DNA of 35,892 nt from NCBI GenBank assembly GCA_905371865.1, contig CAJPNA010000001.1:1-35892 (forward strand), read 5' to 3'. Below the pieces are notes generated by a model. The model was not told the DNA's origin, searched no databases, and saw nothing but the letters and a program-made list of their open reading frames with translations. The stretch is from an uncultured Carnobacterium sp. (GTDB taxonomy: Bacteria; Bacillota; Bacilli; Lactobacillales; Aerococcaceae). The position numbers were made by a program, and so were the translations under genes. This document shows, in pieces, positions 6,872 to 18,012 of the stretch (position 1 is the stretch's first letter; every line of letters starts with the position of its first letter).

Positions 6872-8668
6872 TTAAGCGTGTTTTCTTCTATAGACGTCCA
6901 GACCCACGAGAGTCAAGCCGGCAAGGAGCATCAGCACCCCTGAAACAGCAAGTCCCGTGACGTCACTACCTGTCTGCGGAAGTTTCTCAACGCTCGTAGC
7001 ATGCTGACCAGATACATCAGCATGCCCCGCATCCGATGGCTTGTCTTCACCCGTTACACCTGAAGATGGCTTGTCCTTGACGGTCACCGTTGCCTTTGCA
7101 CTTGCCGTTGCACCTTGCGAGTCCTTGACTTCGAAGGTGATACTATAGGTACCTGCAACATTTTTATTGAACCCGCCATTGTCAACGATGGTCACCTTGT
7201 CCGTAAGGTCGCCGTCCTCTTTGTCAACCGCCTTGACGACAAGGCTCTTCAAATCGAAGTCATCGCCAGCAGTAATGGCAGCGTCCTTTACCTCAAGGGT
7301 CGGGGTATCGTTGACGACATGGACCTTCATCGTTCTGGATACCTTCGTGCCATCCTGCAGGGTGTAGTGGTAGACGACGGTATATTCTCCAGCATGAGCC
7401 ATGTCCACGTCTGAAGTGACGTTCAGGTCCGCATAGCCAATGGTCGCGCTGGTGATAGGGTCCTTGCCACCGAGATAATAGCTTGCCGCGTCGAAGAAAT
7501 CGTTGACGTGGAGAGTCACTTCTTTCTCAGCGCTGATGACCCTGTGCATGGACACGTAGAAAGCCTTATCCGGAGAAATCGCATTGCCATTCTCGTCGAC
7601 GAACGTCGCTTTGCCGTTGTGGCTGTTGTGGCTGTAGAGTAGGACGGGCATCACACGCGTGCTGTCGACCTGCGTCACGTACCCGAGCGAGTTTACCCTT
7701 GCGTTGATTGGGTCGGTCTTGATAGCATAGTTGCTCGTCGTATCGTTTGTCACCTTGTCCGTAGCGTACCTGTCGACGGTGTTTACTCTGAGCTGGTGCC
7801 AGATTGAGAACTTGATGAAGTCCTCGGATGCCTGGGGCATCGCCTCCTGCAGCTCAGGGTCGCTGATAGCCTCGAACTTTCCATTGTCCTTGGCGATTGT
7901 GCCGAAGACCTTGTCAGTCATGAGGTCGCTGACCTGCTTGTTCCTGCGGACGCCAATGAGGTTGAGGTTGATGAATTTATATGGGCTAGCTGAGTAGTCA
8001 CTTACCAGAAGATTCGTGTAGGTATCCCACGTAGGGTCGCTCTCCACGTACTTGAGCGGAATCTTGAGCTCAGCAGATGTTCCCGCTGGAAGCTGTCCCT
8101 GTACGTGGATTTCCTTCAGCGTGCTCCAATCTGGCGACACCGTGCCATTTAGCACGTCTTGACGTGCCACATTCGTGCCGTCGGTGAAATAGTAGCGGAT
8201 TGGCAGAGAGGCATCCACGCTCGTGCCAAGCAGGTCACCGGAGATACGGGTGGTGTCGAGCTTCAACTCGTTGTGCTTCTTCGTTCCGACTAACACGTTG
8301 GCCATGTAGATGTATAGATTCACGTTCTTCTGCGTGTTGTCCGTGTTCTTCAGACTGACGTGATACACCATGTCATTCGCCCTGTCGATGTCGAAGATGT
8401 CAGCTCCGTTGGCTGCAGAACTTGAAATCATGTCGTCCGTGTTCACGCCCGCGTACATGTCCGTGCTGCCGTTCGAGGAGCGGTCGCCGTTCGAGGTCAC
8501 GTAGTTGTAGAACTCATAGCCATTGTTCGTCGTAACCTCGGTGCCGTTCGTGCGCACCTCGTTAGGATAGATTGTCTTTAATGACTCGGCTGCATAAGCC
8601 GTTGATGCAAGTCCGGCGCTCATGCCAAGCGTTAGGACTGTGGCTAGTAACACTCTAATTTTCTTCAT
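6872..8668 (-). CDS. Sortase-anchored (LPQTG) surface protein with C-terminal Ig-like (DUF5011-type) domains
   Basis: Signal peptide MKKIR..AYA; P.LEVKD..I..GD.FD..A.DKEDGDLTDKV..G.Y.ITFEVKDS.G Ig repeat; LPQTG, TM segment and RRKH tail; GC-rich. Confidence 0.9.
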   Translation of the reverse strand: MKKIRVLLATVLTLGMSAGLASTAYAAESLKTIYPNEVRTNGTEVTTNNGYEFYNYVTSNGDRSSNGSTDMYAGVNTDDMISSSAANGADIFDIDRANDMVYHVSLKNTDNTQKNVNLYIYMANVLVGTKKHNELKLDTTRISGDLLGTSVDASLPIRYYFTDGTNVARQDVLNGTVSPDWSTLKEIHVQGQLPAGTSAELKIPLKYVESDPTWDTYTNLLVSDYSASPYKFINLNLIGVRRNKQVSDLMTDKVFGTIAKDNGKFEAISDPELQEAMPQASEDFIKFSIWHQLRVNTVDRYATDKVTNDTTSNYAIKTDPINARVNSLGYVTQVDSTRVMPVLLYSHNSHNGKATFVDENGNAISPDKAFYVSMHRVISAEKEVTLHVNDFFDAASYYLGGKDPITSATIGYADLNVTSDVDMAHAGEYTVVYHYTLQDGTKVSRTMKVHVVNDTPTLEVKDAAITAGDDFDLKSLVVKAVDKEDGDLTDKVTIVDNGGFNKNVAGTYSITFEVKDSQGATASAKATVTVKDKPSSGVTGEDKPSDAGHADVSGQHATSVEKLPQTGSDVTGLAVSGVLMLLAGLTLVGLDVYRRKHA

Positions 8669-8726
8669 TTACATTCCTCCTTATTTCATAAAATATAATA
8701 CATAAATGAGCACTTTGCAACAGAAA

Positions 8727-8762
8727 ACGACCCTGAGCAAGTAATTCGCCTGCCAAGGTCGT
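8727..8762 (-). terminator. Terminator of the truncated foreign gene
   Basis: ACGACC..GGTCGT stem followed by TTTCT on the minus strand. Confidence 0.55.
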
Positions 8763-8767
8763 CTTAT

Positions 8768-8980
8768 TTATTCGTGTTCATATTCTTCAACAGGATGCTC
8801 GGATTGCACCTTTTCGTAGACCTCCTGCATGTGGCTTGTGATCCTTCTACCGCCTGTTCGGCTCATCTCGCGGTCAATGGATCTGCTTGCAGCCCTCAAA
8901 CGCTTCTCCGCATCCCACATGTCCTTGCGACTCTCATAAAGACGCTTCTCTCCCTCCTCACGTGCCTGTCTTTGCTGTTC
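8768..8980 (-). pseudogene. Startless 3' gene fragment (charged, coiled-coil-like C-terminus)
   Basis: 70 open codons EQQRQAREEGEKRLYESRKD...EEYEHE*, fused to the duplicated rlmD RBS; in-frame TAA just upstream. Confidence 0.6.
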
Positions 8981-9032
8981 CTCCAGAGTTTATCACGTCT
9001 ATTATACCGTCTTTTAGTGGAAATAAAAAGGC
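8975..9032 (-). repeat. 58-bp direct repeat copy 2
   Basis: Identical to 6475-6532, 2500 bp apart. Confidence 0.95.
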
Positions 9033-9045
9033 AACCCCTCCATAC

Positions 9046-9077
9046 AAAAAAGCTACTCTAACCGTGTCAGAGTAGCT
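9046..9077 (-). terminator. Terminator of the ydcF-like gene
   Basis: AGCTACTCT...AGAGTAGCT with U tract; degenerate copy at 6531-6556. Confidence 0.7.
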
Positions 9078-9083
9078 CCACTA

Positions 9084-10115
9084 TTACCATAAAATTCCCT
9101 TATAAGAGAGAGTAATCGCCATTGCCAGAAGCAAGTAAAAACCGATAAACATCCATTTCATTTTCACACAAAGAGCCACATACTCCCGGATGAAAGCAGA
9201 AGGAATATAATAGCTCGCGGTTGTACAGCCAAGCCCATCCCCTTGCATGCCGATCATCTTGGCGTAGGTACTGGTTCGAAAGACATGATAGTCATTCGTT
9301 ACAAATAAGAATCGTGGTTCTTTGAGGATTGTTTCGCCTAATCGTTTTGAGAATAATAAATTCTCATAGGTCGTTCTCGACTCTTCTTCGAGTAATACGG
9401 ACTCTCTTGGAACATCTGTTTCTTCCATTAAGTAATTCAAAATCGCCTGCGCTTCCGAAATCTTCTCATCGGCTCCTTTTCCACCACTTGCGATCAGTTT
9501 GATAGTTGGATTTTTTGATTTTTTAAAAGCCTCGACCGCCTTATCAATCCGACGTTTTAAAAGAGGTGTTACCCGTTCTCCGTCTAATAATCCAGCTCCA
9601 TGAATAATGCTGAAATCATACTGTGTTCTATTTGGAATAAACACATACAAAATCGAGTAAAATAGGAATCCAAAAAAGGCAAATCCAAAAATGACATAGG
9701 TGTAGACAAAAAAGATTAAGACAATATTCACCCAGTGATTTTCATAAAAATACTGATTATTGAGCGCACGAATTATCATCACACCAAAGAATAGTAAAAT
9801 CAAAAAGCCCATCCCAAGCGATAAGAAATTCGACTTAGATTTTCCCTCACGCTTTAGAAGAACGATTCCGTTATAAATAAAGAAAAAGCCGCTTAGGAAA
9901 ATTAAAAAGGGCACGCCTAAAAATCCTACCATTAACACGAGAAGATGTCCTGCCTCGCTTCCAGATTGATAAACCGCTTGAACTACTGATAAATATCCAA
10001 AAAACACCGCAATAATAAGGAGGGCGGGGTTCCATAAACTGCGATTATCCCGCCACATTGAAAAAATCAGAGCTGCTACTACAACTCCTGTAATCAGATA
10101 CATTCCCACTTTCAT
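9084..10115 (-). CDS. YdcF/DUF218 (ElyC/SanA-like) membrane protein
   Basis: N-terminal TM segments; IIHGAGL, SGGKG.DE..SEA, S.TT.ENL, VTNDYH motifs. Confidence 0.9.
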   Translation of the reverse strand: MKVGMYLITGVVVAALIFSMWRDNRSLWNPALLIIAVFFGYLSVVQAVYQSGSEAGHLLVLMVGFLGVPFLIFLSGFFFIYNGIVLLKREGKSKSNFLSLGMGFLILLFFGVMIIRALNNQYFYENHWVNIVLIFFVYTYVIFGFAFFGFLFYSILYVFIPNRTQYDFSIIHGAGLLDGERVTPLLKRRIDKAVEAFKKSKNPTIKLIASGGKGADEKISEAQAILNYLMEETDVPRESVLLEEESRTTYENLLFSKRLGETILKEPRFLFVTNDYHVFRTSTYAKMIGMQGDGLGCTTASYYIPSAFIREYVALCVKMKWMFIGFYLLLAMAITLSYKGILW

Positions 10116-10198
10116 TCCTCCAATTCTACTCTTGTATTATAACAAACTCCCAAGAGAAACGATAATCTGAAAAGAAATGAAGTGGAATACTAAGCGCC

Positions 10199-10495
10199 TT
10201 AGAAATTTTGAGGTTTCAACTGAATATCCACCTCATATCCATTTTTGTAAGCTAGTTCAATTAACGTCGATAGACTAGGCGTTCCTTCCCCACGCTCCAA
10301 CCTAGCCAGTGCTGTCCGTTTAAACCCTACTTTCTTTGCATATTCCTCTCTGGATAAATTACTTTCCATTCTAAGACGAATGATACGGAGTACAGCCCTA
10401 TGTCTCGCCAATTCTTTCGCTACATCCTCTTTAAAGTTCGGATAGCGCGATGCAATAATCGAGAATGTCTCTTCTCTTAAAGAACTCACTGCCAT
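10199..10495 (-). CDS. XRE-family HTH protein, HigA-like antitoxin
   Basis: LR....LS....A..VG.....ARLERG...PSL.TL..LA. Confidence 0.85.
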   Translation of the reverse strand: MAVSSLREETFSIIASRYPNFKEDVAKELARHRAVLRIIRLRMESNLSREEYAKKVGFKRTALARLERGEGTPSLSTLIELAYKNGYEVDIQLKPQNF

Positions 10496-10703
10496 TCACC
10501 CCTTCCATAATATCTTCTACTTCGAAAACCAAATACATAATTCCTTTTTCTTTGTCATACTCTCCCCATTTTTCGATCATCTCCGGAGTCACACCTTCTT
10601 CTTCAATCAGTTGTAAAATTGCTGCCGCCTTTACCATTCTCCCATACGGCATTGTCATTAACTCTTCAAAGTTCTGCTTTGTAAATTCACGTTTATACCT
10701 CAT
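10431..10703 (-). CDS. Small protein upstream of the HTH gene; possible degenerate RelE/HigB (Gp49-like) toxin
   Basis: ATG at 10703 after GGAGGTG; toxin-first arrangement; only the N-terminal half resembles the family. Confidence 0.45.
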   Translation of the reverse strand: MRYKREFTKQNFEELMTMPYGRMVKAAAILQLIEEEGVTPEMIEKWGEYDKEKGIMYLVFEVEDIMEGVNGSEFFKRRDILDYCIALSEL

Positions 10704-10727
10704 AAATACACCTCCGTTTTCCTTGAG

Positions 10728-10761
10728 TGTAACATTTTTGTTACGTAACAAAAATGTTACA
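10728..10761. promoter_or_regulatory. Perfect 34-bp palindrome made of two adjacent GTAACA-N4-TGTTAC boxes (operator)
   Basis: TGTAACATTTTTGTTACGTAACAAAAATGTTACA, 25 bp upstream of the ATG at 10703. Confidence 0.75.
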
Positions 10762-10837
10762 TCTTGCTTTTTTTGGATACTTTTTTGCTCCAAAAAGCCT
10801 ATCATTCTCATGTTTTTTATGTATAAACATCAACAAA

Positions 10838-10873
10838 AAAGTTGCTTTTCCACCGTGGTAGAAAAGCAACTTT
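10838..10873. terminator. Terminator-like hairpin
   Basis: AAAGTTGCTTTTC...GAAAAGCAACTTT. Confidence 0.55.
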
Positions 10874-10973
10874 GTCATTCGCTATTTCATTGTGCCGTTT
10901 CTTTTAACATACCATCTATTCATGTAAACTTTTGGAAAAAATGGCTAATTCACTCTGAAATTCATGAAATGCA

Positions 10974-11015
10974 AAAAAGAGTAGTTTCACTATAAGAAGT
11001 AAAACTACTCTTTTT
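10974..11015 (-). terminator. Terminator of the ABC operon
   Basis: AAAAAGAGTAGTTT...AAACTACTCTTTTT. Confidence 0.7.
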
Positions 11016-11028
11016 GAGGTTTTATAGT

Positions 11029-11730
11029 CTAGTTTTGTGCTTTTGGTTTCAATAGGAAGAAGTTTAACACGATGAGCACAGCCATCCACACGATTGGAAC
11101 GAGCATGCTTTGGAAGTTCAACGTGAATCCTTTGTCTAAGAAGAAATCGATGAAGTTCCCCATGAATGTGTAATGAGCCACTTTTGAAATAGACTCACTA
11201 AATTGAGAGAACATCGGTAAAAATGCAACAGCCATCATCGGAATGACTCCATTCACTTGTGCTTTCGCTTGTGTATCGGTCACTGCCCCCACCAATAAAT
11301 TCACTAAGATAACACAAACAGCAACACTTATCATCACTACTACATATTCCACTAAATGATTCGAAAGATTCACATTTAAAATGAGCGGGAAGCTAACAAT
11401 CGTAATGCAGCCAAGGATAATTGGATAGAATAAGATGGAAATTAGATACTCTGCTGAATGAATTCCACTAAGGAATAAGGTTTTCAAATTCTTTTTCTCT
11501 TTTTCTTCCGCTAACATAATTGTAATCATAGTTCCCATCGATAAACTAAACGCGAGCGGTAACATAATAAACAAGATTTGAAGCGATTTGCTTGGGTCAT
11601 GGTCTGGATTTAAAAACCGATCATAGAGAACGAGTAAAGCATATGGGAAAATAATTTGGAACAACATTGCTCCATTGCTTAAAATCATTTGTGTACGTAG
11701 CCAAATTAAGGCGCTAATTCTTCTAATCAT
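11029..11730 (-). CDS. ABC-2 type exporter permease
   Basis: Six TM segments, AEEKEKKNLKTL motif, overlaps the ATPase stop. Confidence 0.9.
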   Translation of the reverse strand: MIRRISALIWLRTQMILSNGAMLFQIIFPYALLVLYDRFLNPDHDPSKSLQILFIMLPLAFSLSMGTMITIMLAEEKEKKNLKTLFLSGIHSAEYLISILFYPIILGCITIVSFPLILNVNLSNHLVEYVVVMISVAVCVILVNLLVGAVTDTQAKAQVNGVIPMMAVAFLPMFSQFSESISKVAHYTFMGNFIDFFLDKGFTLNFQSMLVPIVWMAVLIVLNFFLLKPKAQN

Positions 11731-12547
11731 TTAATTTCTCTCCTGTCAATTGAATAAAGATTTCTTCAAGGGTTGGTTCCATCGAGTGCATCATTTCCAC
11801 TGTCGTTAAGTCTTGCTCTTTTAACGCTTCAAAAGGCACTACTTTTTCAGTATGGTCTTTAAACGTTACTTTCACTCGTTTTTCTTTATTGTATTTTTGG
11901 ATAATATCTCGTGGTGTTCCAATTTCTACTAAGTCCCCTTGGTTAAGCAAGGAAATGCGGTCACACATCTCGGTTGCTTCCACCATGTCATGCGTTGTAA
12001 GGAAAATCGTTGTCCCACTTTCCTTCAGCTCGTTTAATAATCGGTGGATTTTTTGTGAGGTCATCGGATCTAAACCACTCGTTGGTTCATCTAAAAAGAG
12101 TAATTCTGGTTTGTTGAGGAGCGCTCTTGCTAGAAACATTCTTTGGCGCATCCCTGTAGAAAGTTTTTCTGCAATCACCTTTTTACTATCCAGGAGTCCT
12201 ACTTGTTCTAATACTTCATCAACTCGGCTATTTGGAAGTCCATATATTTTTGCGTAAACGATGAGGTTTTTCTCGAGGGACAATTTTTCATAATATCCAC
12301 TGGAATCACCGACTAATCCGATATGCGCTAAATCTTCTGGCGCTAAATTCTTCGTCTCTTTTCCAAGGAGCTCTGTCGTTCCTTCATCAGCTTTCAATTG
12401 TCCAGTTAAAATATTGATGAGAGTTGTCTTCCCCGCTCCACTTGGTCCTAAGAACCCAAAAATTTCTCCTTTATCGACATTGAATTCAATTTGGTTTAAT
12501 GCTGTCTTGTTTCCAAAACGTTTGCTAATTTGATGTACTTTAATCAT
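11723..12547 (-). CDS. ABC transporter ATP-binding protein
   Basis: GPSGAGKT, LSTGMRQR, LFLDEPTSGLD, TTH; ATG at 12547 after GGAGG. Confidence 0.95.
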   Translation of the reverse strand: MIKVHQISKRFGNKTALNQIEFNVDKGEIFGFLGPSGAGKTTLINILTGQLKADEGTTELLGKETKNLAPEDLAHIGLVGDSSGYYEKLSLEKNLIVYAKIYGLPNSRVDEVLEQVGLLDSKKVIAEKLSTGMRQRMFLARALLNKPELLFLDEPTSGLDPMTSQKIHRLLNELKESGTTIFLTTHDMVEATEMCDRISLLNQGDLVEIGTPRDIIQKYNKEKRVKVTFKDHTEKVVPFEALKEQDLTTVEMMHSMEPTLEEIFIQLTGEKLND

Positions 12548-12616
12548 GGTCTGCCTCCGTGCTTGTTCTTGATGATTTAACTTTATCAAAAACCAAGGTC
12601 ACTCTGTAGGCCCTTC

Positions 12617-12646
12617 AGTCACGAAGTACCATGACTAAAGTCACGA
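12617..12646 (-). promoter_or_regulatory. Direct repeat TCGTGACT x2 (22-bp period), LytTR-type site
   Basis: AGTCACGA at 12617-12624 and 12639-12646, upstream of the ABC operon. Confidence 0.5.
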
Positions 12647-12760
12647 TAAAAAAACGTCCCCAGAATTTGACAACTTCTATCAAAGAACCAGGAAAATATC
12701 CGTTTCTTTCAGATATTTTCGGAACCCTTTTCATTATTGTTATAAAAGCAATTTGAGCCC

Positions 12761-12789
12761 TTTACTTTCCAACAGATTACGACTATAAT
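12761..12789 (+). promoter_or_regulatory. SigA-type promoter of the GNAT gene
   Basis: TTTACT-17 bp-TATAAT. Confidence 0.6.
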
Positions 12790-12815
12790 GCAGGTAGAGA
12801 AAGGGGGTAACGATT

Positions 12816-13370
12816 ATGAACGTACCTACACTAGAATCACAACGTATCACTCTTAGGCCCTTTCACGAAACTGACATGGAGATTATCAAGTCTTTGCTAA
12901 ACGATCCTTTAGCAACGTCTAACCTTCCATGGGTATCTGCACCGTCTCACTTAAATGCAGAGAACTTTTATACACGACTAATCGCGAATTCTCCGTACTT
13001 TTTTATCATCGAAATGAAGAATTACGACCTTCCAATTGGCTTTATGAAAGTCTCCACAGAGCAAAACAATCTAATGGATTTCGCATTATTGCAAGAATAC
13101 TGGCAACGTGATGTTTTAATTGAAGCTTTTCAATTAATTCAGCCGTACCTCGTTCAACAAGGAATTCCGAGCCTTTCAATACAAATTGCAAGTGACCATG
13201 AAGACTCTTGTAATTTCGCCAAACGTACTGGATTTTTATATGAATACTCCTATTCCATTGAAGATGGAAGCACGGTCCGTCTTTATCAGAAGATTCTCAA
13301 TCCTCAAAAAGCTAGATTTAGTCCAGATATGTGGAAAGAAAATTCCGAACACTTTATCGAAGCCATTTAG
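12816..13370 (+). CDS. RimJ/RimL-type GNAT acetyltransferase
   Basis: TLES.RITLRPF...D N-terminus, L.EYW, GF.YE. Confidence 0.75.
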   Translation: MNVPTLESQRITLRPFHETDMEIIKSLLNDPLATSNLPWVSAPSHLNAENFYTRLIANSPYFFIIEMKNYDLPIGFMKVSTEQNNLMDFALLQEYWQRDVLIEAFQLIQPYLVQQGIPSLSIQIASDHEDSCNFAKRTGFLYEYSYSIEDGSTVRLYQKILNPQKARFSPDMWKENSEHFIEAI

Positions 13371-13378
13371 ATGCAAAA

Positions 13379-13409
13379 GCACCGACTGGAATCCCAGTCG
13401 GTGTTTTTT
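13379..13409 (+). terminator. Intrinsic terminator
   Basis: CACCGACTGG-aatc-CCAGTCGGTG followed by T6. Confidence 0.85.
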
Positions 13410-13482
13410 CGAAAAAGTTTCTTTTATCCCCTTACCAACAAGCTCAAAGTATTTCTTCAAAAAATGCACAAATAAAATAGAT

Positions 13483-13667
13483 GATTACGGAGTACCTTAC
13501 AGATTCTATAGGAATGGAATTAACGAGTGTAACCGAAATGAATTAGGGCGTCCGTTGGTTTTATCAACATGACGCCCTTTGAAGTTCGGTAGGCAAAGAG
13601 ACCTTGGCTCTTGCCGGTACAGTTATTTCCATTCTTATGAAGATATCCTTAAAAGTGCGAACTAATC
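13483..13667 (+). repeat. Structured dispersed element, copy A
   Basis: Long terminal inverted repeats, internal hairpins, core GAGACCTTGG..CCGGTAC; tandem with copy B. Confidence 0.85.
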
Positions 13668-13738
13668 CTAGGAGACCCTATCCTCTTAATGACAACTTCA
13701 AAGCATTTCCAAAAAATAAAAAGCACAAACTAAATAGT

Positions 13739-13921
13739 GATTACGAAGTATCCTAGGGATTCTATAGTAATGGAAATAACGAACGTAACCGAAATGAATT
13801 AGGGCGTCAGTTGATTCATCAACTTGACGCCTTTGAAGTTCGGTAGGCAAAGAGACCTTGGCTCTTGCCGGTACAGTTATTTCCATTACTATGAAGATAT
13901 CCGTAAGGATACGCAGTAATC
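13739..13921 (+). repeat. Structured dispersed element, copy B
   Basis: ATAGTAATGGAAATAAC/GTTATTTCCATTACTAT stem, ACCGAA/TTCGGT stem, two hairpins. Confidence 0.9.
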
Positions 13922-13943
13922 ATTCATGCACTATTAAGCACTT

Positions 13944-15287
13944 TTATTTTGTTTGAAATGCTTCGAAGTCGAATGCTTCGCCCTTGATTTTGTCCGGTAA
14001 GATGAGCGCAATTAAAATACCGATAATCGCTGGTCCCATCCATCCTAGTGACAAGTTTTGCAACGGAAGAATTTCCAAAGCTTTTACTAATCCTTCCAAT
14101 TTCAATGCAGAAGCAAGACTTGAAACTGTTGAAACAATTGTTGTCAACGCCACTGTTAGCTGCATTCCTCTCTTAGAGAACGCCACCTTTTTATTCACTA
14201 ATACGAATAACGCAATCACAACCGTAATTGGATATAAAATCATCAATACTGGTAGTGAGAAGGCAATAATCGTTTGAAGTCCAAGTGTCGCAACTCCAAA
14301 TCCGATGAACGTAAACACAGTTGCATACACTTTGTAAGAGAAGCATGGGAATGTTTCTTCGAAAAACTCCCCTACTGATACGATTAGTCCTACTGTTGTT
14401 GTCAAGCAAGTAATCACTACCATTACCGCTAAGAAGGCTTGTCCGAATGTCCCAAATAACTCACGTGAAGCCATGGTTAATACGTAAGACCCCACGTTTA
14501 GTGTTGAATCTTGTGCTAGGGCGCTTGCTACGTTGAAATGATTTCCAAGAAATGCAAGACCGATATACAAAACGCTGAATCCAATCGCTGTTACAAATCC
14601 CACACTCATAATGGTATTCATGTATTCTTTTTTAGAGTTAAAATGGAAGTCTTTTAATGTGTTTACAGCAACGACTGAGAAGGCTACGGCTGCTAAGGCA
14701 TCTAAAGTATTATAACCTTCCACAAAACCATTTCCAAAAGCGGTCGATACAGATAGATTTGTTTGACCGGTTAATTCTGGTGACGTTTGTCCATATTTAA
14801 ACGCTCCAACGACCACTAAGATTAAAATTAATCCTGCAAAAATCGGTGTTAAGATTTTACCGATGCTGGATAAGAGTGATGAACGGTTATACGCCAAGAA
14901 AAAGGCTACCGCAAAGTAAATCGCTGCGTAAATCAAAAGCCCTGAATTAGAATCCGGTAAGAACGGCGCTCCCCCGATGTTGTATGATACCGTTGCTGTA
15001 CGCGGAATTGCAAAGAAAGGTCCAATGGATAAATATAATACTACTAAAAATGCCAATGAGAAGATTGGATGAATCTTTTCGTCCAATTCTTTTCTGAATC
15101 CACCATTAATCACTGTTCCAATTAATAACGTTCCAATCGCAAGCCCTACCCCAGAAACGATAAATCCGATGACTGCTGGCCAAAATTGCTCAGCAGATTG
15201 ATAACCTAAGCTTGGCGGAAAAATTAAATTACCTGCTCCAAAGAAAAATCCAAAAAGAAGCAGCCCTGTTAATACACCTTTTTTCAT
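13944..15287 (-). CDS. brnQ: Branched-chain amino acid transport carrier
   Basis: FFGAGNLIFPP, IGPFFAIPRTA, GKILTP, EGYNTLDALA, CLTT.VGL; ATG at 15287 after GGAGG. Confidence 0.95.
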   Translation of the reverse strand: MKKGVLTGLLLFGFFFGAGNLIFPPSLGYQSAEQFWPAVIGFIVSGVGLAIGTLLIGTVINGGFRKELDEKIHPIFSLAFLVVLYLSIGPFFAIPRTATVSYNIGGAPFLPDSNSGLLIYAAIYFAVAFFLAYNRSSLLSSIGKILTPIFAGLILILVVVGAFKYGQTSPELTGQTNLSVSTAFGNGFVEGYNTLDALAAVAFSVVAVNTLKDFHFNSKKEYMNTIMSVGFVTAIGFSVLYIGLAFLGNHFNVASALAQDSTLNVGSYVLTMASRELFGTFGQAFLAVMVVITCLTTTVGLIVSVGEFFEETFPCFSYKVYATVFTFIGFGVATLGLQTIIAFSLPVLMILYPITVVIALFVLVNKKVAFSKRGMQLTVALTTIVSTVSSLASALKLEGLVKALEILPLQNLSLGWMGPAIIGILIALILPDKIKGEAFDFEAFQTK

Positions 15288-15300
15288 TTGTCCTCCTTCT

Positions 15301-15343
15301 AAAAAAAGACCCTTCAAATGCCTTTCTTCGCATCCGAAGGGTC
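15301..15343 (-). terminator. Terminator after metG
   Basis: GACCCTTC...GAAGGGTC with a U7 tract. Confidence 0.65.
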
Positions 15344-15363
15344 CCCTTTTTGTTTTTATTCTA

Positions 15364-17844
<2,481 letters not shown>

Positions 17845-17965
17845 TATATAGAAAGGCAAGAAATCCAACTGAATTCGGTTAATTTTTTCTGCTCCACAAT
17901 GTTTTCTCGTATTTTTTGGGCGGTTGGTAACATTAGAAGACAAGAAAACTTCAAGGGAGAATAAG

Positions 17966-17994
17966 AAAAAAGAGAAGGGGGAGACCTTCTCTTT
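17966..17994 (-). terminator. Terminator after pbuX
   Basis: AAAGAGAAGG...CCTTCTCTTT. Confidence 0.7.
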
Positions 17995-18012
17995 GGGTGG
18001 AGATAACGGATT

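Noticed and set aside
8774..9075. Plus-strand ORFs 8774-9061 and 8887-9075
   Set aside because: Antisense to the minus-strand fragment and cross the repeat junction; no RBS
13483..13921. Copies A/B as 6S RNA, CRISPR array, T-box or group I intron
   Set aside because: Length suits 6S, but there is no large central bubble and there are multiple dispersed copies; no repeat-spacer periodicity; no T-box or P7 core shared by all copies
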